Assembly (NCBI GenBank): GCA_020629675.1
Contig: JAHDCW010000002.1
Span: 1-56,832, forward strand
Length of the DNA: 56,832 nucleotides
From: Minisyncoccota bacterium
Lineage (GTDB): Bacteria > Patescibacteriota > Minisyncoccia > Moranbacterales > GCA-2747515
Direction of reading: 5' to 3'
This document shows positions 19,858 to 28,456 of the stretch, one piece after another. A program made the position numbers and the translations under genes. Each line of letters starts with the position of its first letter. The first letter of the stretch is position 1. Under the pieces are notes generated by a model. It worked only from the letters and a program-made list of their open reading frames with translations, was not told the origin of the DNA and ran no database searches.

Positions 19858-20359
19858 TGGCTATGGGATCTTTGGTGATTATTAGAGGGAACTCTGGTTC
19901 TGGAAAACATCTACAGCATACGAAGTGCGCAAGAGGCTTTTGCAAAGTCATAAGATAGCCATTGTTGAACAAGATCTTTTGAGGCGTTAATTACTTAAAG
20001 AAAAAGACGGTGCAGATAATGATTCGATAGACTTAATTAAGCTAGCAGCACTTTTTGCGCTTGAACGCGGGTATGATGTTATCGTTGAAGGAATTTTGCG
20101 TGCTGATTGGTATGGTGATATGTTGAGGCGGTTAGTTCCTGCCTCAGAAAAATCTCATGTCTTTTATTTAAATACTAGCTTTGAAGAGACGCTTAGACGT
20201 CATACAACCAAACCAAATGCGCACGAATTCGGCGAAAATGAAATGAAAAATTGGTATCAGTTTGAGGATGTCTTAGGTGTTAAGGATGAGGTGATTATCG
20301 GAGAAGATGTTTCGCAGGCAGAGTTGGTTAATCAGATTTGTGGGCTTATTGGAGAATAA
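19857..20359 (+). pseudogene. P-loop kinase / AAA_33-like ATPase pseudogene (frameshift plus in-frame TAA)
   Basis: MAMGSLVIIRGNSGSGK (Walker A) is read from 19857. The sequence continues as TSTAYEVRKRLL... only after a frame change in the A-run at 19904-19907. An in-frame TAA at 19988-19990 precedes the 87-aa ORF at 20096-20359. Confidence 0.6.
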
Positions 20360-20504
20360 AATACATATACCACAAAGGGTTATGATTGTTGTTATTTGTG
20401 ATCGGCATAAAAGGAAAATTGTGATACCTAAGGATTGTCCTGCAATTGTTGTGTATAAGTTATGCAGGTCCGCGACATTTTTATGACCAGCGTTAAAGTC
20501 GGTG

Positions 20505-21491
20505 CTACTGTGTGAGAAACTCTCTGGCGAGTGTGAGGGCTTCTTTTTCATCTTGGATGCGGTGGATGTGAGCCCCTTGCTTTTCCCACCGCTTGATCCA
20601 CGTTAGCTGACGCTTGGCATAATGTTTGATGTCATAACGTAGTTTTTCATGCATTTCTGACTCTGTGATTTGACCGCGGAGGTAGCGTGTGCACCAGCGA
20701 TACTCGAGTCCAAAGTTCTCCAGGCGTGTCCATGACACACCCATGTCAAAATGCAGATTATGTACCTCTTGGAGCATGCCATCATCTAGGCGTCGGTCAA
20801 GCCTCCTCTCTATGCGATCATAAAGGACTTCTTGTGGTGGTGTAATGGCGAGGATGAGGTTGTTTTTATTGAGTGAGGTGTAGTCTGGTTTTGGTGGTTC
20901 TGGGACTTTGCCGTGCGCGGCGATGATTTCTAGTGAGCGGATTATCCTGATCTTGTTATTGATTTCATTACGCTTAATAAGGGATTCTGCGCGGTCAGGA
21001 TCTTTCTTCGTGAGAAGCGCGAAAAGGCCCTCCGTCGATTTTTTCTGCAGCTTTCTACGTAAGACATCATTAGGTGGTACGGAGGCGCCTACGGAGCCTT
21101 CTAGGAGTCCTTGAGCCCAAAAGAGTGTGCCTCCGGCGATGATCGGAAGCTTTTTTCTTTGTATTATTTCCTTTTTGATTCTATGTGCACGGGTAACAAA
21201 TTTATCAGCGCTAAAGATAGTGTTAGGGTGGTGCGTGTCGATGAGGTAGTGTGGTATCCCACTAGAAATATATGCATTGCGTGTAGCGCAGCCGCGTTTT
21301 TTGGAGCGTGTGATTTTGCCGGGCTCTTTGCCGCTGCCGATGTCCATGCCGCGATAAATCTGTCGACTGTCGCATGAGATGACCTCGCCGTTAAATGAAT
21401 GGGCTAGTGTTATAGCGAGATCAGATTTACCAGAGGCAGTAGGTCCGATCACATATATAGATTTTGGTTTTAAATTATCTATTGCGGACAT
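20505..21491 (-). CDS. miaA: tRNA dimethylallyltransferase
   Basis: P-loop IGPTASGKS, then SCDSRQIYRGMDIGSGK. Colinear with MiaA over its full length. Confidence 0.92.
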   Translation of the reverse strand: MSAIDNLKPKSIYVIGPTASGKSDLAITLAHSFNGEVISCDSRQIYRGMDIGSGKEPGKITRSKKRGCATRNAYISSGIPHYLIDTHHPNTIFSADKFVTRAHRIKKEIIQRKKLPIIAGGTLFWAQGLLEGSVGASVPPNDVLRRKLQKKSTEGLFALLTKKDPDRAESLIKRNEINNKIRIIRSLEIIAAHGKVPEPPKPDYTSLNKNNLILAITPPQEVLYDRIERRLDRRLDDGMLQEVHNLHFDMGVSWTRLENFGLEYRWCTRYLRGQITESEMHEKLRYDIKHYAKRQLTWIKRWEKQGAHIHRIQDEKEALTLAREFLTQ

Positions 21492-21915
21492 GCTTGAAGA
21501 GGGTGAAGAGTATTGCGAGGATGAGTACTGTCACAAAAAGACCGAAAACGATCCAATGATAATTTTTAGCAGGATCTTCTTCTGTTTCAAGTGCGGATGG
21601 TATGGCAAAGACACCGTCACTTGTTGCGCTTTGTGGGTTTGGTTGTCCAGTTGTTTGATAGTACCAGTCAGATGCTGTGCAATTTGTTTCCGCTTCTATG
21701 GCGGTGTAACCGGTAGGGCAGACAAAGGGTGGGTCGATTTCACGCCACTCAGCTGATGGAGGTTCACAGCTAAAAAACTCATCACCCCAAAAAAAGTCAG
21801 AACACTGTTTGGTCGTGTCATTTATGATATAGCTTGGTGCAGATGGTGCTGCAAATGCGATTGGTGCATACATAAAACAGACTACAAAAAAAGATGCGAG
21901 GTAATTTTTAAGCAT
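21475..21915 (-). CDS. Hypothetical type I membrane protein (signal peptide, 4-Cys ectodomain, C-terminal TM)
   Basis: Signal-like N-terminus ending AFA, a Cys-containing ectodomain, a hydrophobic stretch WIVFGLFVTVLILAILFTLF and a basic tail. It overlaps the miaA start by 17 nt. Confidence 0.55.
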   Translation of the reverse strand: MLKNYLASFFVVCFMYAPIAFAAPSAPSYIINDTTKQCSDFFWGDEFFSCEPPSAEWREIDPPFVCPTGYTAIEAETNCTASDWYYQTTGQPNPQSATSDGVFAIPSALETEEDPAKNYHWIVFGLFVTVLILAILFTLFKHVRNR

Positions 21916-21993
21916 AGAGATGTGATTATGTAATTTATTTTTTTCTATTGTATCACGCTCATAGTGTTTTATGCAGCCTAAGCTAATTGTTAT

Positions 21994-22026
21994 TTAAAAA
22001 GCGCCTATAGATATAGCTACAGGCAC
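21994..22026 (-). terminator. Rho-independent terminator (minus strand)
   Basis: On the minus strand, GCCUGUAG / CUAUAGGC forms an 8-bp stem with one G-U pair, followed by U5. It lies just after the 82-aa gene. Confidence 0.5.
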
Positions 22027-22037
22027 TTTGCAAGTAA

Positions 22038-22286
22038 TTAAGACATCACCGGCTTACAGACGCGACACCATTCCTGATGGTCGCCAAACCGTTCGCTATT
22101 CATGCAGCCGCCAATCTCTTGCGCGTTATGTGTGCAATAGCGTGGACAGCGTTGATTATGGTCTTCGGGATGAATATGATTAGGATCCCAATTTTTTGGT
22201 ATGTCGTAATTGTTTGAGTTTTGCGCGAATGCGCCATTTGCGCATGAGAGACAAGCTACTATCAATGCTACTACTGTGCGTTTCAT
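22038..22286 (-). CDS. Small secreted Cys/His-rich protein
   Basis: 82 aa with a signal peptide (…CANGAFA/QN). The ~60-aa mature part has 5 Cys and 6 His (CPRYCTH, GGCM, WCRVC). Confidence 0.55.
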   Translation of the reverse strand: MKRTVVALIVACLSCANGAFAQNSNNYDIPKNWDPNHIHPEDHNQRCPRYCTHNAQEIGGCMNSERFGDHQEWCRVCKPVMS

Positions 22287-22355
22287 GTGTTACTCCACTT
22301 GGTAATCACCTCAACGAGGCAGTGTCTTTACTTTACGCGTAAACTGAAGCTAACG

Positions 22356-24098
22356 TCAAATTAGGTTTGTGCAGTAGTTACTTATAAACTCATCGATGGT
22401 GAGTTTGATTTGCTCTTGGTTGTCGCGTGCGCGTACTGTAACTGTCTTATTTTCTACCTCTTCTTTGCCGACGACGAGCATGTACGGTACTTTTTCTTTT
22501 TGTGCGCTGCGGATCCGTTTACCGAGGGTTTCACTGTCATTATCGACGTCTACGCGAACACCGACTTTTTCCAGTTCTTTTTTTACTTCAAATGCATAAT
22601 CATCTATCTCAGATGTGATCGGGAGAATTTTAACTTGAACAGGTGAGAGCCAGAAAGGGAAAGCGCCTGCATAGCGCTCGATAAGAAATGCTATTATGCG
22701 CTCAAGAGCACCGATAGAAGAGCGATGTACGACAACGCACTCCTGATCTTCACCGCTAGCATTTTTGTATTTCAGATCAAACCGCTTTGGCATGACAAAG
22801 TCATATTGTACAGTGAATGCAGTATCCTCTTTTCCGAGTACATTTTTCATCTGAATATCAATTTTTGGGCCATAAAAAGCTGCTTCTCCCTCATTTTCCA
22901 CGTAGTGACAATCGCGCTTCTCCAGCACATTGCGTAAAATATCTTCTGCTGTATCCCAAGCTGCCTCGTCCTTGAAATATTTTTTATCGTCTGTGCGGTC
23001 TCCGAGTGATAGCGAGTACCAATAATCTTCTCCCATCGTCAGTCCAAATTTTTCTGCCACAAAGTCTATGAGGTCAAGTGCACTGCTAATTTCACTTCCT
23101 GCTTGCTCAGGATCAGCGCAAAAGATATGCGCATCTGCCAGGTTAAACGAGCGTACCCGCATGAGTCCTGAGAGTTCACCTGACTGCTCATAGCGATAAA
23201 GCTTTGCTATTTCTGCATACCGTAGGGGGAGGTCTCTGTAACTATGCGGTTTCGATGAAAATAGCTCAAAGTGATGGGGGCATGTCATAGGGCGCAGCAT
23301 AAAGCGTTCACCATCTACGTCGATTGGTGCGTACATCGAGTCTTTATAGTATGGGTAGTGACCTGACTTTTCGTAGAGCTCTACTTTCGCCATATCTTGC
23401 GTATAGACGTGTTTATAGCCGCGCTTAATTTCTTCATCAACGATAAATCGTTCTAAAACGCGCCGCAACACAGCGCCTTTTTCAGTGAGAAGGGGGAGTC
23501 CTGAACCGACTACATCGCTCGTGGTAAAAAGATCGAGTTCTTTGCCTAACTTGCGGTGATCGCGTTTCTTTGCCTCTTCGCGCATTACCATAAAAGCATC
23601 AAGCTCTTCTTTGGTGTTAAAGGCATATCCGTAGATGCGTGTGAGTTGATCGTTATTTTCGTCTCCGCGCCAGTACGCACCAGCAAGCGAGGCGAGGGTA
23701 AAGGCTTTCATGTCTAGCTCTTTTTTGGGCTCTGCTGCATGTCCACCCTCACAGAGGTCCGTGAAATCCCCTGCGGTGTAGAAGGTGATTTCCTGATCAG
23801 CTGCGACGATACCGTCAATGAGCTCGGTTTTGTATTTATTATCTTTAAACTGCGCGCGGGCTTCCTCCTCGCTTACGACACGGACCTCCATGGTCTCCCA
23901 GGTGTTGATTGTTTTTTTCATTTGCTTTTCAATTTTCTTGAGATCAGCATCAGTGATCGGCGTGCTAAAGGCAAAGTCATAGTAAAACCCATTATCAGTT
24001 GGTGGACCGATAGTAGGGCGTGCATCTGGGTATAGCTTGAGTACTGCAGCGGCGAGGAGGTGGGCAAAGGTATGTCGTTTTTTCTGAAGATCGTTCAT
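22356..24098 (-). CDS. thrS: Threonyl-tRNA synthetase lacking the N-terminal TGS domain
   Basis: It starts at MNDLQKKRHTFAHLLAAAV (HxxxH of the editing domain), followed by a class II core and an anticodon-binding domain. The ORF track extends to 24227, but that extension overlaps the T-box leader. Confidence 0.93.
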   Translation of the reverse strand: MNDLQKKRHTFAHLLAAAVLKLYPDARPTIGPPTDNGFYYDFAFSTPITDADLKKIEKQMKKTINTWETMEVRVVSEEEARAQFKDNKYKTELIDGIVAADQEITFYTAGDFTDLCEGGHAAEPKKELDMKAFTLASLAGAYWRGDENNDQLTRIYGYAFNTKEELDAFMVMREEAKKRDHRKLGKELDLFTTSDVVGSGLPLLTEKGAVLRRVLERFIVDEEIKRGYKHVYTQDMAKVELYEKSGHYPYYKDSMYAPIDVDGERFMLRPMTCPHHFELFSSKPHSYRDLPLRYAEIAKLYRYEQSGELSGLMRVRSFNLADAHIFCADPEQAGSEISSALDLIDFVAEKFGLTMGEDYWYSLSLGDRTDDKKYFKDEAAWDTAEDILRNVLEKRDCHYVENEGEAAFYGPKIDIQMKNVLGKEDTAFTVQYDFVMPKRFDLKYKNASGEDQECVVVHRSSIGALERIIAFLIERYAGAFPFWLSPVQVKILPITSEIDDYAFEVKKELEKVGVRVDVDNDSETLGKRIRSAQKEKVPYMLVVGKEEVENKTVTVRARDNQEQIKLTIDEFISNYCTNLI

Positions 24099-24146
24099 GG
24101 CTTTAACTTGAATGATTAAATAAAAAAGTATATAAGTGTAATCAAT

Positions 24147-24340
24147 AAAAAAACTATTCATCACACAAAAGCAAAAAATTTTGCTCTTATGGGACGAATA
24201 GTTCTTTCTATCCGCGGTTCCACCCACATTATCGTGATTTTACAGAGTTATCACGACCACTTTATTTGTATACCTTAAAGCATCTGTGATGCTGCTCCAC
24301 GGAGCGTGTGGTTGGTAATCACACTAATTAGTACATAATT
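24147..24340 (-). promoter_or_regulatory. T-box riboswitch leader of thrS (antiterminator/terminator switch)
   Basis: Minus-strand RNA carries AAUGUGGGUGGAACCGCGG (24212-24230), matching the GGGUGGNACCGCG core. Antiterminator: GUGGG/CCCAU helix, the 7-nt bulge UGGAACC, and an 8-bp A2 helix with loop AAAGAA. Competing terminator: AACUAUUCGUC (24193-24203) pairs with GAUGAAUAGUU (24152-24162), then a U-run. Stem III is UCGUGAU/AUCACGA. Confidence 0.75.
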
Positions 24341-24430
24341 AGATTATTATAAATGTCCATTTTAGTAAAGTGTATTGCTAAATTTATTTTTTTATAGTAA
24401 TGTCTATACGTCTTTATCATGAGGTGAGTA

Positions 24431-24844
24431 ATGATTCACTTAGCATATGTACCTTTTTTAAAGAAGATTTCCAATGCATACGACCTAAACATTAGATTTG
24501 AAAAAGATCAAAGGTGGGAAGGTTATTACTATATACATTTAGATCGGACGAGTGATTGTTATGGTGGTGATTTAAATACCGCTCTCCATGTTTGGAGAGA
24601 CATTCTTACGTATCTCATCAGGCTTACGAAAGAATACCCGGAGCTCGTAAATGCGAAAGCACTTTTGGGTCAGAGTGAGGGAATGAGTTTACCTTGCACT
24701 ATCTTGTTAAAACTCGATAGAAGTGATCTGCATATGGTGAAGGGTGTTTGGGGCTTGTGGGGGTTGCGCACAAGACTCACGCTGATGCAAGCAGTTGTTT
24801 TTTTGAGGAAGTATAAAAAATACCATGTAACGGGTCAGGTATAA
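24431..24844 (+). CDS. Hypothetical protein
   Basis: 137-aa ORF divergent from thrS and followed by a strong terminator. No family recognised. Confidence 0.5.
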   Translation: MIHLAYVPFLKKISNAYDLNIRFEKDQRWEGYYYIHLDRTSDCYGGDLNTALHVWRDILTYLIRLTKEYPELVNAKALLGQSEGMSLPCTILLKLDRSDLHMVKGVWGLWGLRTRLTLMQAVVFLRKYKKYHVTGQV

Positions 24845-24851
24845 ACAGATG

Positions 24852-24879
24852 GCGCTCACAAACTGTGAGCGCTTTTTTT
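24852..24879 (+). terminator. Rho-independent terminator
   Basis: Perfect 9-bp stem GCGCTCACA/TGTGAGCGC, a 3-nt loop, then T7. Confidence 0.75.
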
Positions 24880-27800
24880 ATGGCTTGAGAACGCTTTCAA
24901 TTTTATCTTTGTCTACATCAGAGAGATAGATGATATAAGAGGTTTTGATGCGAGTGCCGTTGTGGAGGAGGTAAATGGTAGTCGTGCCTTCTTCGCAACT
25001 ATCAAGTACTTTTTTGATTTTATCGATGATATCGACGTTGCCCGCAGCAGGCAGTTCGATGGTGTAGGTGTCATTTGGGTCCACCTTACGTGCAGGTATA
25101 TCATCCTCATCTTCGGTTGTAACCTCATCTTTTTTGTAGCGCTTTTTTGTCTTAGCGATACGTTTAGCTTGCGTGTTGTCATCAGGAGAAATTTCCTCGA
25201 TATGATCTGCGATAAATTTAAGCTCATCATCTTTTCCAGTAAATTTACCACGCACAACAATGGGCTCACCATCTCGTAGGAGGGGCGAGAATTCTTCGTA
25301 AAGCTTTGGGAAGACTAAACACTCGATGGAGCCAGTGCCGTCTTCAAGCGTCACAAAAGCCATGGTTTTACCCGACTTTAAGAGGATGGTAGTTGTCGCC
25401 ATGACGATCCCACCGATTGTCTCTGCTACCTCATCAAGCTCACGGGCGCGGTCTTCGGTAAAGTCCTTGAGGTGGGCGCACATACTCGAAAAATATGACT
25501 CGTAGGCACGTGCGGGGTGATCGCTAACATAAAGTCCGAGGAGAGCCTTCTCCCATTCGAGTGTTGTTTTCTTTTTAGCAGGTGGAGAGGCTTTGAGTTG
25601 CACAGTGGCGCGTGCGAGCTGACCGGCACCAAAGAGGGAGTCTTGAGCTGATTCATCTTGCTGTGTACTCTTGACAAAAGCGAGAATGTTAGGCATGTTT
25701 TGGAGGATTTGGTTGCGCTCAGCAAGTCCTTCAAAACCGCCCACCATAGCCAGTGCTTCGATGGAGCGTTTGTTGAGATCTTTACTGCTAATGCGCTCGA
25801 AAAAATCGGTAAAATCCGTGAAGGGACCATTTTTCTTGCGCTCTTCAACGATTTCATAGGCGACTGCATGACCAACATTTTTGATCGCGTTAAGCCCAAA
25901 GCGAATACGTGGAAATTCTTTTTTTGTATCACCTTCATCATAAATCACGGCAAACTCTTCAAAACTCTCATTGATGTGTGGTGGAAGAACCTCAATGCCC
26001 ATTTCACGGCATTCATAAGCGTCAATGGCGATACGATCTGTATTACCTTGGTCACTGGTCATGAGGGCTGCCATGAACTCTGCTGGGTAGTGCGCTTTGA
26101 GGAAGGCTGTTTGGTAGCCGATAAGTCCATAACATGCTGCATGCGAGCGGTTAAAGCCGTATCCTGCAAAAGGCTCGATAAAGGCAAAGACGTCTTCAGC
26201 AATTTGCTTTTCGATACCATGCTCGACGCAACCTGCAACAAATTTAATTTTTTGCTCCTTAATAAGTTCGAGGATTTTTTTACCCATCGCCTTACGCAAA
26301 ATATCCGCCTCTCCGAGGGTGAAGCCAGCGAGGTCCTGTGCGATACGCATCACCTGTTCTTGGTACACGGCAACACCATATGTATCAGAAAGAATCGCCT
26401 CGAGTTTTGGATCGAGGTAGGTGACTTCTTTGCGTCCGTGCTTACCATCGATGAAATCAGGGATCCATTCCATCGGACCAGGGCGGTAGAGTGCAACCAT
26501 CGCGATGATATCCTCAAGGATTGTCGGTTTGAGTTGCTTGAGGTAGCGCTTCATACCACTGGACTCCAGCTGAAACACACCCGTTGTTTGGCCTTTTTGG
26601 AGGAGTTCAAATGCTTTTTGATCATCGAGATCAATGTGTTCAATGTCAATTTCTACTCCATGGATGCGCTTAACAATTTTGATAGTGTTCTGGATGATTG
26701 TTAAGTTCTTGAGGCCGAGGAAATCCATCTTGAGCAGGCCGATTTTTTCCACTGCGGAAAATTTGGTACTCGAGGCGTACTGCGTGACGAGTGCCTCGTC
26801 ATCGCCGCTGACGCGTTGGAGGGCGGTGTACTCTACGACAGGCTTATCTGTGATCACCACGCCACACGCGTGGATCGAGGAGTGACGGTTGAGACCTTCG
26901 AGTTTATGCGCAGCATCGATGAGGGTGCGTGCGTCGACGTTTTCTTCATAGAGTCTTTTGAAATCGGGCACTTCATCGAGTGTCTTTTGCATCGAGTAAA
27001 ACATCGGGATGAGCTTGGAGATTTTGTCACAGAAATCATACGGAAAACCAAGTGCGCGACCAGCGTCACGCACAGCAGCCCGCGCTGCCATAGTACCAAA
27101 GGTGATGATCTGCGCGACGTGATCAGAGCCGTATGTGTCACGACAGTACTGCAAGACATCATCACGCCGAATATCAGCGAAGTCCATATCCACATCAGGC
27201 ATCGAGACGCGTTCTGGGTTAAGAAAGCGCTCAAAAAGGAGTTTGTACTCGATCGGGTCCATGTTGGTGATTTTGACCAAGTAGGAGACAAATGAACCAG
27301 CTGCACTACCACGTCCAGGACCGACGACGATGCCATTGTCACGGGACCAGTTGGTAAAGTCTTGCACGATGAGGAAGTATGACGCGTAGCCCGTGCGTTT
27401 GATGATGTCGAGCTCGTAGTCCATCCGCTCGCGGTGAAGATCGGTGATATTTTCAGCTGAGCCATAGCGCTCGAGAAGACCCTCTTCGCACATATCGCGG
27501 AGGTGCTCATCTGCAGTCTTGCCTTCGGGTAGCGGGTAGTAGGGGAGTTTGGTATTACCGACTTCCATCTCAAACTGACAGCGATCTGCGATGATACCGG
27601 TATTGTCGATCGCTTCTGGGACGTCTTTGAATGCTTCACGTATAAATTCTTCCGAGCGAAACGACAGATCGAGGTGGTTGTAGTTAGGGCGGTCGCCTTC
27701 GTCGACTTTGCGGTTCATGCCGATGCAGATCAGGATGTCATGCGACTCACGATCTTCGGGGGTGATGTAGTAGATATCACCGCAGGCAACGAGGGGTATG

Positions 27801-28396
27801 TCGGTTTTTTTACTCAGTGCAATGATGCCATCATTTATTTTATTTTGGTCGGGATAGTCAGGGTGATGGTTAATTTCTAGAAAGAAATTTTCTTTACCAA
27901 AAATTTCTTCATACAATCGCGCCTTTTTTTCTGCTTGATCTGGTGCATCATGGAGGATGTTTTCAGCTACTTCTCCATACTGATTACCAGACAGTGCGAT
28001 GATGCCTTCGCTGTGCTTTTTGAGCACATCGTAGTCGACACGAGGTTTGTAATAAAAACCTTCAAGTTGCCCGATAGTGATAATTTTGAGGATGTTCTTG
28101 TAGCCGGCTTCATTTTCTGCGAGGAGGACAATCTGGTTGGTTTTACGGTCAGTAGGGGATGTGCCCTTGTTCATCATGCCGCCTGGTGCCACGAGAACCT
28201 CTGCACCAACAATTGGCTTAATGCCTTGATCTTTGGCAGCTACACAAAAGTCAACCGCGCCATAAATCGCGTAGCGATCCGTGAGTGCGAGGGCTGTCAT
28301 ATTGTTTTTTTTGGTTTCGGCGAGAAGGTCGTCTATCTTTGCTAATCCCTGGAGGAGGCTGAAATCAGAGTGGACATGGAGATGTGTAAAAGCCAT
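24878..28396 (-). CDS. dnaE: DNA polymerase III alpha subunit
   Basis: 1172 aa with an N-terminal PHP domain (FTHLHVHSDFSLLQG), a polymerase core (PDVDMDF, GLLKMDFLGL) and an OB fold. Colinear with DnaE over its full length. Confidence 0.96.
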   Translation of the reverse strand: MAFTHLHVHSDFSLLQGLAKIDDLLAETKKNNMTALALTDRYAIYGAVDFCVAAKDQGIKPIVGAEVLVAPGGMMNKGTSPTDRKTNQIVLLAENEAGYKNILKIITIGQLEGFYYKPRVDYDVLKKHSEGIIALSGNQYGEVAENILHDAPDQAEKKARLYEEIFGKENFFLEINHHPDYPDQNKINDGIIALSKKTDIPLVACGDIYYITPEDRESHDILICIGMNRKVDEGDRPNYNHLDLSFRSEEFIREAFKDVPEAIDNTGIIADRCQFEMEVGNTKLPYYPLPEGKTADEHLRDMCEEGLLERYGSAENITDLHRERMDYELDIIKRTGYASYFLIVQDFTNWSRDNGIVVGPGRGSAAGSFVSYLVKITNMDPIEYKLLFERFLNPERVSMPDVDMDFADIRRDDVLQYCRDTYGSDHVAQIITFGTMAARAAVRDAGRALGFPYDFCDKISKLIPMFYSMQKTLDEVPDFKRLYEENVDARTLIDAAHKLEGLNRHSSIHACGVVITDKPVVEYTALQRVSGDDEALVTQYASSTKFSAVEKIGLLKMDFLGLKNLTIIQNTIKIVKRIHGVEIDIEHIDLDDQKAFELLQKGQTTGVFQLESSGMKRYLKQLKPTILEDIIAMVALYRPGPMEWIPDFIDGKHGRKEVTYLDPKLEAILSDTYGVAVYQEQVMRIAQDLAGFTLGEADILRKAMGKKILELIKEQKIKFVAGCVEHGIEKQIAEDVFAFIEPFAGYGFNRSHAACYGLIGYQTAFLKAHYPAEFMAALMTSDQGNTDRIAIDAYECREMGIEVLPPHINESFEEFAVIYDEGDTKKEFPRIRFGLNAIKNVGHAVAYEIVEERKKNGPFTDFTDFFERISSKDLNKRSIEALAMVGGFEGLAERNQILQNMPNILAFVKSTQQDESAQDSLFGAGQLARATVQLKASPPAKKKTTLEWEKALLGLYVSDHPARAYESYFSSMCAHLKDFTEDRARELDEVAETIGGIVMATTTILLKSGKTMAFVTLEDGTGSIECLVFPKLYEEFSPLLRDGEPIVVRGKFTGKDDELKFIADHIEEISPDDNTQAKRIAKTKKRYKKDEVTTEDEDDIPARKVDPNDTYTIELPAAGNVDIIDKIKKVLDSCEEGTTTIYLLHNGTRIKTSYIIYLSDVDKDKIESVLKP

Positions 28397-28456
28397 GGTG
28401 ATTGGAGAGTCTATTTCTTTTTAGTATACTTTCAATATATCACATCACATTCTTCT

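Noticed and set aside
19988-19990. In-frame TAA read as a sense codon (alternative genetic code).
   Set aside because: TAA, TAG and TGA all terminate well-supported genes in this window at family-appropriate lengths. A second lesion (a frameshift) in the same gene also points to a pseudogene or assembly error.
22332-22343. Perfect 12-nt palindrome TTTACGCGTAAA between thrS and the small secreted-protein gene.
   Set aside because: It is too short and AT-rich to form a stable terminator hairpin (no room for a loop). It occurs only once, so an operator role cannot be supported from sequence alone.
24099-24227. N-terminal 43-codon extension of thrS. Similar maximal-ORF extensions occur at 13081, 28370, 31232, 36550, 29529, 2039 and 56108.
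   Set aside because: The extensions overlap neighbouring genes or regulatory RNA and have non-protein-like sequence. Internal ATGs give family-typical N-termini.
25658-26704. 348-aa plus-strand ORF. Other long ORFs in this area are 26854-27639, 26816-27295, 25426-25941 and 27935-28345.
   Set aside because: All lie inside the 1172-aa dnaE CDS, either antisense or in alternative frames. Their translations are low-complexity or atypical, while dnaE is colinear with the family throughout.
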